IMG/VR virus record: IMGVR_UViG_3300027296_000001
Location: 1-59,778 of that record
DNA length: 59,778 nucleotides
Strand: one strand, 5' to 3'
DNA from: a virus
The notes under the pieces were generated by a model, which did no database searches, was not told the origin of the DNA, and was given only the letters and a program-made list of their open reading frames with translations. Each line of letters begins with the position of its first letter. The stretch's first letter is position 1. Position numbers and translations under genes: made by a program. Below are positions 50,287 through 59,651 of the stretch, piece by piece.

Positions 50287-51781
50287 GACCATTGGTCTCC
50301 TCATACTCGAAGCTGCCGGCGCGACCGCTTCTGTGACCGGTTTCGGCTCAGCGGCAATCACGATCTCGGTTGCCGGGGCCACCATCAGCGCTGCATCTGT
50401 GGTCGGCGCGGCGGCGATCACGGCGGCTGCGATCGGATTGCAGTACGCTCTGGCGCCATCGCCGAGTGTGCCGAAGCCGGAGAGTGGCTCGCAGGCGATC
50501 AGGCAATCGGCGCCGCCGCGGATTCGCGGTTATTGGATCAATCGCCTCGCCGGCAGCTATATGATGTTCGAGGCCGGCGGCCCGCTGCCGAACACCTCCT
50601 ATGACGTGATCGCGTTCCATCACGGCAAGATCGACACCGTTCTCGGCCTGTATCTGAGCGATGACGAGGTGACGACCGCCATCAGCCTGGATCATTTTGG
50701 CACTATCCTGGCGGTTCAGCCGACGCCTGACGGCTATTACGGCAGTCAGGTCAATGTGGAGCTCTGGCAGGGCATCGATCCACAGCCGGCCTCGACCTTC
50801 CTAACAGGCGATAGCGCGATCAACTCCCTTTGGACGTCGGCTTTCCATGGCCACGGCATCGCCTACCTGGTGATGAAGTGTACGGGGACGACAGATCCGG
50901 CGGCCTTTACCAAGAAGTTTCCACGCAATAAGCCGGAAGCCTCGGTCGTCGCCCGCTGCTCGCCGGTCTGGGATCCGCGCGATGGCGCGCAATCGCGATC
51001 CAATCCCGCGACCTGGACTACGTCGCCGAATCCGGTGCTGCACCTGATCGATTATCTGACTGGCGATCCTCTCAATACGGGCGGTCCCGGTCTCGACTAC
51101 GACACGGCGATCGCGCCGGTGCTGACCGACTGGATGGCCGAGGCCGAGCTCTGCGACGCTCTGGTCGACGACGATCCTCGCTATCAATGCGCCGGCTGGT
51201 ATCGGCTCGACAACAATCCGGAGGATGTCGTCGGCAAGCTGCTGTCGACCTGCGACGGCTGGCTGTCCGAGAACGGTGACGGCACGCTGTCGCTGGTGAC
51301 GGGCTATTACCGTGCGCCGGACGACCCGCCGCTGACGGGTGAGCACATTGTCGGCGCCTCGGTTGATTACGGCATCGCCGACGAGAGCGTCATCAATCAG
51401 CTCACCATCACCATCACGGATCCCAACAACAAATATGTTTCGCTGCAGCTCCAGCCCTACGCGGATGAGGCGTCGGTTGCGATCTACGGTGTACGCGACC
51501 AGCCGCTTGATCTGACCTGGGTGCAATGGCCGGCACAGGCCGGGCGCCTGGCACGGCGCGCGATGCTGCGGGTCAATCCGGCGATGCAAGGCTCGTTGAT
51601 CACCACGCTGTACGGCTTCCGCTATCTCGGCAAGCGCTGGACCAGGGTGCAATACCCTGAAATTGCCGGCCTCGAGGATGCGGTGATTGAGATCCAATCG
51701 GCCAAGATCCAGCGCTCGGCCGGCCAGATCGTGTTTGGCTGGAAGCTGGTCGATCCCGACGCGCTGCTCGCGCTGCAGTGA
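50279..51781 (+). CDS. Host-specificity / central tail protein (GTA g15-like N-terminal type)
   Basis: Hydrophobic Gly/Ala-rich N-terminus, size and position. Alternative starts at 50252 and 50258. Confidence 0.5.
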   Translation: MAETIGLLILEAAGATASVTGFGSAAITISVAGATISAASVVGAAAITAAAIGLQYALAPSPSVPKPESGSQAIRQSAPPRIRGYWINRLAGSYMMFEAGGPLPNTSYDVIAFHHGKIDTVLGLYLSDDEVTTAISLDHFGTILAVQPTPDGYYGSQVNVELWQGIDPQPASTFLTGDSAINSLWTSAFHGHGIAYLVMKCTGTTDPAAFTKKFPRNKPEASVVARCSPVWDPRDGAQSRSNPATWTTSPNPVLHLIDYLTGDPLNTGGPGLDYDTAIAPVLTDWMAEAELCDALVDDDPRYQCAGWYRLDNNPEDVVGKLLSTCDGWLSENGDGTLSLVTGYYRAPDDPPLTGEHIVGASVDYGIADESVINQLTITITDPNNKYVSLQLQPYADEASVAIYGVRDQPLDLTWVQWPAQAGRLARRAMLRVNPAMQGSLITTLYGFRYLGKRWTRVQYPEIAGLEDAVIEIQSAKIQRSAGQIVFGWKLVDPDALLALQ

Positions 51782-51812
51782 TTTTCTAGGAACCGTTAAT
51801 AGAGGTTGAGCG

Positions 51813-54092
51813 ATGGGGCTTTTGCATACGGCTGCAGAGATTTGGCGCAGATACGTCACTGCCGGCGTGCCGGCGTCCGGCGAATATCGGCCTGAAAAGG
51901 CTGAGATCATCGCCTGGGGCACCTTCCTGGAGACGATGATCGGCGCCGGCGTGCCGGGACTTGCCTATGCGACGCTCGCGACGCTGGCGGCGGATCTCGC
52001 GCATGGCGCCAATTCGACTGCCGTTGTCTATAACGACGCGACCGCGGCTAACAACGGCTGGTATGTCAAGTCCGGCGCCTCCGGCGTAGGCTCGTGGTCG
52101 CGCATCGGCGATCTGCCCAACGTCATCGTGCCGCTTACGGTGACCGGCGGGACGGCGAACGCGCTCGTTGCGACGGGGCCGGAGACGCCGCAGCAGCCGG
52201 GGCGCAAGCTGTTCCTGCTCACGCCGACGGCCAACAACACCGGCGCGACCACGCTGGATTATAACAACCAGGGCGCACTACCGGTCCGTTCGGCCTTCGG
52301 CACCGCCCTGATCGGCGGCGAGCTCCTCATCAATTCGCCGATCCTGCTGCTCGGCGCCTCGGATCATTTCACGCTGCTGCTGTCGACCAATGTCGATGCT
52401 TCCGGCATTCTCGCCTCGGCGCAGGCGGCGCAGACGGCGGCGGCGAGTTCGGCGACCGCAGCCGCCAACAGTGCGACCCTTGCGCAAGGCTACGCGGCCG
52501 CGGCAAGCCCGATCACGCGGCCCGCCTATGGTCCTGTGGCCTCGCCGTGGCCGTATTTCATCGGCGACAGCCTGTTCACCAATGCTCATGCCTCGCCTGC
52601 GCTGCCGGCGCTGATCCAGACGGCCAAGGGCTGGGGAACGATCGTTTCCAACGCCGTGTCCGGCGCAACGGTCGCCGATCAGGCGTCGATCTACGGCTGG
52701 CAGCGTTCGCCCTCGATCGCCAACCCGTCCTTCGTCTGGCTCCTAACCAACGATTGTATCTTGGACGGAAGCGATAATCGCAAGACCGAGCAGACCTCGC
52801 TGGAGGGCTTGCGGGCGCTGCTATGTCATCTCGCCATCCCGACCTCCAAGCGCGTTACCGGCCAGGCGATGAGCGTTTCCGCCGGCACCTGGTCGAATAT
52901 AGGCAGCTCGCTCGATCCGGGCGGAACGACGACGACCACCAACGGCGCCGTCAAGCGCGCGACGGTGTTCGGCCGGCATGTCGTGGTCGCCGGCTGGGCC
53001 AATCTGAGCTCCAATGGCATCGGCGCCGTGACCATCGGCAACGCCAACCACTCGGCGCCGATCATCGAGAACACCATCTCCTTCAAGCGCTCGGCGATCC
53101 TGACCAATTCGCCCGGCGGCACCCCGACGCAGACCATCCCATTCGTCCGGATCTACAAGAACGTTGGGATTGACGACAATTCCAAACTGGAGGTCTCGGT
53201 CGCAAACCTCGCCGCCACCGGCGCCGGCAACGACATCTTCATCAGCTATGTGGCCGGCCTGTCCGGCGCGCAGGATGAGGCGATGCCGCTGGTGAACGTG
53301 TTCAACCTGCACCATTTCACGGTGGCGGGCGAGACGGCGCAGGGTACCAATGCGGCGCGGCGCGATCGTCTCAATGTCGGCATTGCCAACATCATGGATG
53401 AGCTGGTCGGGCTCGGCCTTTGGGTGGTGCCGGTCGACGCCAAGAGCGTGCTGTGGGACACGTCATTGCTGGATACCGATGGTGTGCACCCGATCAATTC
53501 CGGGAACGCGGCGCTGTCGACCGAAGCGGTTGCCGCGCTCGACAGTGCGCAGAGCTATTACAAAAAGCGGCTGTCGCAGCGAAGCGCGTCGGATGTGATC
53601 GACACGGTCGGATCCAACGTGTTCCGGAGTGGCGCGATGGTGTTCGAGGAATTCCGTCGCGTCGCGCGACCGGCGAATGCGGTGGGGTCCGGGTTTGCGG
53701 CGCATAACAACGGGACCAATCAGGGCGTTGCCGCGTCGACCCTGACCACGCTTTCGTTTGCGACCGAGGTCTTCGATATTGCCGGCGACTACGCCTCGAG
53801 CACCTGGACGCCCGGCGCCCGCAAAATACAGATTCGCGCGGCGGCGACATTCCAGGCGACGGCCGATCAGGCGCGATACGAACTGTGGGTCTATAGGAAT
53901 GGCGTCGCGCTGTACCGCCTGGATGCCAAGCACGCTTCGGGCACCGGCGAACTGCAGGTCGGCGGCGTAATGTTCGATGTGGCCGATGAGGGCGACACCT
54001 ACACTATCCGCGCGTACCAGACCTCTGGCGGTGCCGCCACCGTCGATGGGCAGAGCACCAAGACCTATTTCATGGGGATCAGCGCGCACTGA
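51813..54092 (+). CDS. Tail fibre with an SGNH/GDSL esterase domain
   Basis: FIGDSLF (GDSL block), LLTNDC and TDGVHP (DxxH block). The N-terminal third is fibre-like. Confidence 0.7.
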   Translation: MGLLHTAAEIWRRYVTAGVPASGEYRPEKAEIIAWGTFLETMIGAGVPGLAYATLATLAADLAHGANSTAVVYNDATAANNGWYVKSGASGVGSWSRIGDLPNVIVPLTVTGGTANALVATGPETPQQPGRKLFLLTPTANNTGATTLDYNNQGALPVRSAFGTALIGGELLINSPILLLGASDHFTLLLSTNVDASGILASAQAAQTAAASSATAAANSATLAQGYAAAASPITRPAYGPVASPWPYFIGDSLFTNAHASPALPALIQTAKGWGTIVSNAVSGATVADQASIYGWQRSPSIANPSFVWLLTNDCILDGSDNRKTEQTSLEGLRALLCHLAIPTSKRVTGQAMSVSAGTWSNIGSSLDPGGTTTTTNGAVKRATVFGRHVVVAGWANLSSNGIGAVTIGNANHSAPIIENTISFKRSAILTNSPGGTPTQTIPFVRIYKNVGIDDNSKLEVSVANLAATGAGNDIFISYVAGLSGAQDEAMPLVNVFNLHHFTVAGETAQGTNAARRDRLNVGIANIMDELVGLGLWVVPVDAKSVLWDTSLLDTDGVHPINSGNAALSTEAVAALDSAQSYYKKRLSQRSASDVIDTVGSNVFRSGAMVFEEFRRVARPANAVGSGFAAHNNGTNQGVAASTLTTLSFATEVFDIAGDYASSTWTPGARKIQIRAAATFQATADQARYELWVYRNGVALYRLDAKHASGTGELQVGGVMFDVADEGDTYTIRAYQTSGGAATVDGQSTKTYFMGISAH

Positions 54093-54106
54093 GCTGCGCC
54101 GGTCCT

Positions 54107-54271
54107 TTAGAAAAAGTGAACTCGTCCCGTCGCTTCGCCGTAGCCGATCATGGTTGCGGCCAGCGCAGCGAGGCCGCCCACGACGAATAGCCAGCTCTTA
54201 ACGGCTTGCTGAACCTCCTCCTCAGTCGGTGCCGGCTCGTTCGGGTCGGGAGGCGTTTCCATTGAGGACAT
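54107..54271 (-). CDS. 54-aa single-pass membrane ORF (tentative)
   Basis: My own translation: MSSMETPPDPNEPAPTEEEVQQAVKSWLFVVGGLAALAATMIGYGEATGRVHFF. Convergent with the tail fibre gene. Confidence 0.3.
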   Translation of the reverse strand: MSSMETPPDPNEPAPTEEEVQQAVKSWLFVVGGLAALAATMIGYGEATGRVHFF

Positions 54272-54451
54272 GGTGCGGGTCGGCCTTCTTTACATCGCCG
54301 GCGTCTGTCGGCGTGCGTGTCTTATCGGCGCAACCATTCCGAGAATCAACCGCAAATTGGGGTGAGAGCTCTAGGGCCCACTCAAATGAGGGGGGCTCGG
54401 GGGTGGGCCTGCCAGCCGAAAACGTCTCCACAGCGACAAAGGACTGTCCAC

Positions 54452-55675
54452 ATGCTCGACCTGCATGGCATTTCGCGTGCCGCGTTCGATCTCGTCATTG
54501 CGTCCGAGGTGACGAGCCAGACCGTCTATGAGCGGAAATACCGCCGCGTGCTCGAGCATCCGAGCGATGAGAGCGGGCCGACCGGCGGCATCGGCTACGA
54601 TTTCGGCACGCAAACGCGGGCGCAGATCGCGGCCGATTGGGGCGACAAGGTTTCGGCCGCCATGCTCAAGATCCTGTGTGGGGCCGCTGGCCTGCGCGGC
54701 GAAAAGGCCGAGGCGTATTCGCGCAAGACCCGCGGGCTGGTCGACATCCCCTGGGACGTCGCGCTCGACGTCTTCTGCAATCACGACCTGCCGCGCTATC
54801 TGTCGATCCTGGAGCGCTATTGTCCGGGTGCTTCGCTGCTCGGGCCGGACTGCAAGGGCGTGTTGTGGTCAATCGCCTTTAATCGCGACGCCTCCGGCTT
54901 CGCCAAGGCTGGGCCGCGCTATGCCGAAATGCGCGAGATCCGCGCCTGTGTTGCCAAGGGCGAGCTGGTGCGCATCCCCGGTCTGATCCGCTCGATGCAG
55001 CGGCTCTGGCCCAAGACCTCCGGCCTCTACGCGCGGCGCGAGGCCGAGGCGCGGCTGTTCGAGAGGGGGCTTGCCGAGTGCCATCCGGAGGCGCACGCCA
55101 AGCTCGATGCTACGCCGCCGGCGCCGGATCCCGACGTTGTGGTGCAGGTCCAGACGCGATTGCGCGAGCTCGGCTATTACGACGCCGGCGCCGTCGACGG
55201 CCAGCTGGTGCCAAAGGGGCGGACCGAGGCGGCGATCCTGGCGTTCCGGCATGAGCATGGCCTCCCGCTGGTGCCTGCGATCGACGACGAGCTGCTCGCC
55301 GCGCTCGCCCGCGCTGAGCCGCGCCAGGTCTCCGAGGTCCGGAGTAGCGCAACCGCGCAGGATCTGCGCGAGCAGGGCTCCGAGACGATTGCCATCACCG
55401 ACCAGGCCAAGGGATGGGCGGGTAAGATCTTCGGCAGCAGCTCCGGCCTCGGCGTCGGTGGCGTCCTGGCCTGGATCACCGACAAAGCGACCGCCGTCTC
55501 CGGCGCGAAGGACGCGGTCGGCGGGCTCGGTCTGTCGCCGCAGCTAATCGCTTGGCTGTTGGCTGCCGTCGTTGTGCTCGCGATCGTCGCCGGCCTCGGC
55601 GTGCTGATCTGGTTTGTCGCGCACAAGATCGAGGCGAAGCGCGTCGCCGACTATCGCACGGGCAAGAACACATGA
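54452..55675 (+). CDS. Endolysin: lysozyme-like domain, PG_binding_1 domain and a C-terminal transmembrane helix
   Basis: SEVTSQTVYE...PTGGIGYDFG, then VQVQTRLRELGYYDAGAVDG...AILAFRHEHGLP, then the C-terminal LIAWLLAAVVVLAIVAGLGVLIWFVA. Confidence 0.75.
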   Translation: MLDLHGISRAAFDLVIASEVTSQTVYERKYRRVLEHPSDESGPTGGIGYDFGTQTRAQIAADWGDKVSAAMLKILCGAAGLRGEKAEAYSRKTRGLVDIPWDVALDVFCNHDLPRYLSILERYCPGASLLGPDCKGVLWSIAFNRDASGFAKAGPRYAEMREIRACVAKGELVRIPGLIRSMQRLWPKTSGLYARREAEARLFERGLAECHPEAHAKLDATPPAPDPDVVVQVQTRLRELGYYDAGAVDGQLVPKGRTEAAILAFRHEHGLPLVPAIDDELLAALARAEPRQVSEVRSSATAQDLREQGSETIAITDQAKGWAGKIFGSSSGLGVGGVLAWITDKATAVSGAKDAVGGLGLSPQLIAWLLAAVVVLAIVAGLGVLIWFVAHKIEAKRVADYRTGKNT

Positions 55676-56178
55676 GCGCCATCCTCGCTGCGATCGTGCA
55701 GCTCGCCGGGCTTGCCGGCGTCAAGCTGTCGCCATTCAAGGCCGGCGCACTGGTCGCCGGCATCATCGCACTCGCGATCGGCATCAGCGCCGTCGCCGCC
55801 GGCGTGCATCTCTACAACGCAGGTTATGCGGCCGCGGACGGCGCCTGGCGCGAGAAGGCGCTCGAGTCGCAGCTCGCGGCCATGCGGGCCGATCGCGACG
55901 CGGCGCGAGTTGCGGCTGCCGATGCGGCGCTCCGCGCCGTGGCGATCACTCAACGGGCGGACCAGGAGAGGGCGGGGACCGATGCCTATGTCGACGAATT
56001 GCAGAAACAGAACGCCGCACTTGCGGCGGCCGGCAAGCCTAACGCTTGCGGCCTTACTTGCGATGATCTGCGCGGGATGCGCATCCAATCCGCTGCCTGC
56101 GCACCTCAGTCGCGAGCTGCCGCCGGCGCCGGCGCAGATCTTCGCGCCCGTTGGCGATCCCTCCGCAAAATTCCGTGA
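55672..56178 (+). CDS. Inner-membrane spanin (Rz-like)
   Basis: N-terminal hydrophobic region, then a coiled coil. ATGA-coupled to the endolysin. Confidence 0.6.
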   Translation: MSAILAAIVQLAGLAGVKLSPFKAGALVAGIIALAIGISAVAAGVHLYNAGYAAADGAWREKALESQLAAMRADRDAARVAAADAALRAVAITQRADQERAGTDAYVDELQKQNAALAAAGKPNACGLTCDDLRGMRIQSAACAPQSRAAAGAGADLRARWRSLRKIP

Positions 56179-56299
56179 CGATGCGCGGGAGCGCCTGGCG
56201 CGCACGCGCGATGCGCTGAAAGAGGCGAACGACCGGCTCGAGGCCGGTCGCGCCTGGTACGACGCGGTTCGGAAATCCTACGGCGAGGAGGCGAAGTGA
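56021..56299 (+). CDS. Outer-membrane lipoprotein spanin (Rz1-like), overlapping the i-spanin 3' end in the +1 frame
   Basis: From TTG 56021: RRPASLTLAALLAMICAGC/AS is a lipobox-like signal. The start codon is uncertain. Confidence 0.5.
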   Translation: MRRPASLTLAALLAMICAGCASNPLPAHLSRELPPAPAQIFAPVGDPSAKFRDDARERLARTRDALKEANDRLEAGRAWYDAVRKSYGEEAK

Positions 56300-56655
56300 G
56301 CGACGCTGTGACATGGGGCGCCGTCGCGGTCGCGATCGGGTCGCTGATTTCGATCGTGACATTCTGGACGCGTTACTCGGATCGGCTGACGGCAGCAAAA
56401 GCCAAGGCCGACGAGGCAATCAAGGAGGCCGACGAGGCCAAGCAGGTTGCGGCCGCGGCGAATGCGCGGGCCGAGGCGCTCGCTGGAAAGCTCTACCAGG
56501 TCGAGATCTGGGCGCGCGACGAATTCGTCCGCAAGTCGAGCTTTGAGACGGTCGTGTCGCGCGTCGAGCGCGGCTTTGCCGATCTCAAGTCGGAGATCTC
56601 GATCCGGCTCGACAAGATGTCCGACAAGATGGACCACATGGGGCAGAAGTCATGA
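56296..56655 (+). CDS. Membrane-anchored coiled-coil protein (holin or lysis accessory candidate)
   Basis: GTGA-coupled. One N-terminal transmembrane segment. Confidence 0.5.
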   Translation: MSDAVTWGAVAVAIGSLISIVTFWTRYSDRLTAAKAKADEAIKEADEAKQVAAAANARAEALAGKLYQVEIWARDEFVRKSSFETVVSRVERGFADLKSEISIRLDKMSDKMDHMGQKS

Positions 56656-57176
56656 AGCTCGAGCCGCAGATCCTGCGTCACGGGCTCGAGGCCGCAGCGC
56701 TCGGCGCCGCCGCGATCGAGATCCTGATCGGCATGGCCGTCATCGTTGCGCTGTGCACGGCGATGGCGGCGCTGTCCGAACTGCGTCGCGGCATCTCGGC
56801 CGCGGTCGGCTGGCTCGCGCTCGGGCTGGTCGGCGCTGTCCTGGCCGCGGCCTTTGCTGTGCACGCGGCAATGCCGGCCGGCGCCTGCGAGCGGCGCTTC
56901 GTCGGCGTCGCGTCCTACTATTCCAACGGCGAGAGCGGCAGCCGCACGGCCTCCGGCGCGCGCTTCAACGATGCGTTGCCGACCGCGGCGCATCGCTGCC
57001 TGCCGTTCGGCACCCGGCTGCGCGTCAGCCGGGCGGGGCGCTCCGTCATCGTCACCGTGAACGATCGCGGCCCGTTCATTCGCGGCCGCGTGCTCGACCT
57101 GGCGCGGGCGCCGGCGGCGCAGCTCGGCCTGCTCGGCGCCGGCGTCGCGCAGGTTGAGGCCGAGGTCGTCGACTAG
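56652..57176 (+). CDS. RlpA-like double-psi beta-barrel (DPBB) protein with N-terminal transmembrane segments
   Basis: VGVASYYSNGESGSRTASGARF...TAAHRCLPFGTRLRV...VTVNDRGPFIRGRVLDLARAPAAQLG. Confidence 0.8.
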   Translation: MKLEPQILRHGLEAAALGAAAIEILIGMAVIVALCTAMAALSELRRGISAAVGWLALGLVGAVLAAAFAVHAAMPAGACERRFVGVASYYSNGESGSRTASGARFNDALPTAAHRCLPFGTRLRVSRAGRSVIVTVNDRGPFIRGRVLDLARAPAAQLGLLGAGVAQVEAEVVD

Positions 57177-57231
57177 AGATCCGCGCCGGGCGGTTTCCCG
57201 GCATTTGTGCAATCAGCTACGGAGGACTCGA

Positions 57232-57528
57232 GTGAGTTATTCATTCCAGGTGACGGCGCCGACGAAGGCGGCCGCGAAAGAGGCTGTCGCAGCCAAATTC
57301 GACGAGATCGTTGCGAGCCAAGCAATTCATGCCCGCGACAAGGCTGCGGCCCTCGCCAACGCCAATGCTGCGATCGATCTGCTCGTCGACGATGCCGCGA
57401 GCCACGTTGCGGTGTCCTGCAGCGGCTATGTGGGTTGGCGTGAGGTTCTTCGCGACGATGCCGGCAACGATCTGCATTCGGCATCGGTGTCCGCCAGTGC
57501 CAGCCTTGTGGCGCCGCCTGCGATCTGA
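57232..57528 (+). CDS. Hypothetical protein, last gene of the late operon
   Basis: SD GGAGGA precedes GTG 57232. Confidence 0.5.
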   Translation: MSYSFQVTAPTKAAAKEAVAAKFDEIVASQAIHARDKAAALANANAAIDLLVDDAASHVAVSCSGYVGWREVLRDDAGNDLHSASVSASASLVAPPAI

Positions 57529-57593
57529 GTTCGTCCGCGAGGCCTCCCGCGGGCGATGATCGCCTGATCGAATGTCCCCTCGACGGGTGATCC

Positions 57594-57634
57594 AGGCCCG
57601 GCTCGGATGTCCTCCGACGCCGGGCCTTTTCATT
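57594..57634 (+). terminator. Intrinsic terminator ending the late operon
   Basis: AGGCCCGGC-N16-GCCGGGCCT followed by TTTTCATTT. Confidence 0.75.
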
Positions 57635-57676
57635 TGAACTCGCGGCTCATCGTCGGATGCGTAGCGCTCGCACCAA

Positions 57677-58057
57677 CTACGCCCCTTTCGCGCTGATCTT
57701 GTCGAGCGCGTTAGCGAGCGTGGTTAGAAACACTTTGCGGCGCCAATCGTCACTCAAGTCTCTTGAGGTCTCCTCCGCGAGCGGATCATCGGTCGGCATC
57801 TGCCATTCCCCAAGGCTGGCGACGTAGCGCGTCAAGGCTATGGCCCCTGCCATTGTCGTCGGTTCACACCTGATCAGCGACGCCCCGCATGCCTTAAGAT
57901 CCTCCGCTCTCGCGCTAGAAACCGTGTCGGCGGCCTCGAATTCGGGGCCGTTCACGAGCTTGCCCGAAACGGCCATCGCGGCGGCAAGTCGTGCTGAAAA
58001 TTCACGGTGGCGTTCGATAGCCGAAAAAATTGGATCCGCATCGGCTTGCTCGGTCAT
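57677..58057 (-). CDS. Hypothetical cargo protein
   Basis: 126-aa ORF, convergent with the late operon. Confidence 0.5.
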   Translation of the reverse strand: MTEQADADPIFSAIERHREFSARLAAAMAVSGKLVNGPEFEAADTVSSARAEDLKACGASLIRCEPTTMAGAIALTRYVASLGEWQMPTDDPLAEETSRDLSDDWRRKVFLTTLANALDKISAKGA

Positions 58058-58107
58058 CGCTAGTTCTCCTGTACCGTTGGTTTGATGTCTGAGTAATCCG
58101 AACCAGC

Positions 58108-58521
58108 TTACGTGCCTTGAGGCTCGGCCTCGAGGTCGGAATTCTGGTGGGCGACCCAGTTGCGCCCCTGCGTCTGGCGCCAGCCGTGATCCTGGTTCAT
58201 CAGGCGGTCGAAGCTCCCGAGCGAGGGCTCGTCCTCATCGCCGGAGAGCTCGTCGTCAACGTTGGGTTCGCGCCCGTCGTGCTCGTCCTCGCGATCGTCG
58301 CGCGGGCCTTTGGCCCAGCCAACTTGCGCGCCGTCATTGGCCGCGCCGAGCCAGGGCTCGGCATCGCCGGCGTCTTCCAGATCGTCGCTCTCCTCGAGAT
58401 CGGCATCGCCATCGAGATCGTCGACGAAGCTGATCAGCTGCTCGATCGCGGCCGCCGCCGATTCACGCAAGTGCCGCGCGGTGCGAGGTTTCGATGATGG
58501 CCGATTTGAACGTGAACGCAT
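58108..58521 (-). CDS. Highly acidic hypothetical protein
   Basis: Start taken at MRSRSNR. About 30 D/E residues in the central 82 or so, with DEPSLG-type segments. Confidence 0.5.
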   Translation of the reverse strand: MRSRSNRPSSKPRTARHLRESAAAAIEQLISFVDDLDGDADLEESDDLEDAGDAEPWLGAANDGAQVGWAKGPRDDREDEHDGREPNVDDELSGDEDEPSLGSFDRLMNQDHGWRQTQGRNWVAHQNSDLEAEPQGT

Positions 58522-58693
58522 GCTACCCCCGGTCAATTGCCAGACTTCTAAATGCACGGTCTGGAGACATCATCCAAGCATCACAACCTGAGTTTTCCTA
58601 GCGCCTTGGTGTTCATTTTGGACACCTTGAAAGCGCGGAAAATCGGCGTCGCTCCACCCACAAACGCAGCCTTTCGACGCCGGATTCATGCCT

Positions 58694-59026
58694 CTAGCGC
58701 AGCCGGCCTGAGGTGGTGCGCACCAGCTTGATCAGGCCCGCATGCTCGCTGCGGGCGAGCTGCGCGAGGCGCTTTTGCGGAGTGCGATAGGCGGTGCCGA
58801 CGCGCTCGACCGAGCCGCCGCGGGACAGAATGCGCAGGCGCCGGATCACCGTGGGTCTTGGCATGCCGACATAGGCGGCGAGCTTGCTGGCCGTGAGCGG
58901 GCGCCCCTCGATGGTGCCGAGGAACACGGCTGCGGCAATCAGCAGCAGGACGGTGCGCGATCCGAACTCCTGCTGCCTGTCGGGTGCGACAGCCTTGTGC
59001 AAGGCGGGCGTCATCTCCACCCACAT
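58694..59026 (-). CDS. Winged-helix transcriptional regulator-like protein
   Basis: GRPLTASKLAAYVGMPRPTVIRRLRILSRGGSVERVG. Confidence 0.6.
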   Translation of the reverse strand: MWVEMTPALHKAVAPDRQQEFGSRTVLLLIAAAVFLGTIEGRPLTASKLAAYVGMPRPTVIRRLRILSRGGSVERVGTAYRTPQKRLAQLARSEHAGLIKLVRTTSGRLR

Positions 59027-59261
59027 CCGGGTGACATGGTAGATTTTGGACAGTGGTTGCGGCGGTCGCAGGGCACGCCTCCCTGCCGCTGGCTGGCTTA
59101 TGCCGGACGCACGCCGCCGCGCGCGAGCCGAGATCGTATCAGATTGGAGAGTGGTTAAAAGAGTATTAAAGCTGACGGATCAGATCGCTGATCTGCACCG
59201 CGAGGCTTACTGACGCTGGAAAGATAGCCGTGGAAGCCTGAATGCGAATTAATCAGGATGG

Positions 59262-59588
59262 TCAGCGTTTGTGCCAGGGCCGCGGCCGGTCCCCCTCGAT
59301 CGCGCGGGCTTCCCGGATCTGGGCGTAGCTGACCTCGGCTTGCAGCTCGGTCCAAGCCGCGCGGAACTGCGCCTTGGCTGCCTCCAGGCTGCCGGCGCGG
59401 CCGCGGTGATGGCTGCGCTGGGGAACGTTGGGCAGGAAGCAGGTCCACGACCAGGCGTGATGGCCCCCGACGTCGATGGTCTTTTGGATGCGGCCGATGG
59501 AAAGATCGTCCCAGATCACGATGTAATCGTCGGGTGCGGTCTCGCCGCCGACGCGGGTGGGGCGAAGGGTGAGGTCGTTGTCGGGCAT
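59262..59588 (-). CDS. Hypothetical protein next to attR
   Basis: 108-aa ORF with ..AWSWTCFLP......GRAGSLEAAKAQFRAAW. Confidence 0.55.
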   Translation of the reverse strand: MPDNDLTLRPTRVGGETAPDDYIVIWDDLSIGRIQKTIDVGGHHAWSWTCFLPNVPQRSHHRGRAGSLEAAKAQFRAAWTELQAEVSYAQIREARAIEGDRPRPWHKR

Positions 59589-59651
59589 GGGTCTGGTTTA
59601 TGCCGCGAGAACGCCCCCGGAACAACTGATCCTGTTTGTGTGCCTGTCGAA

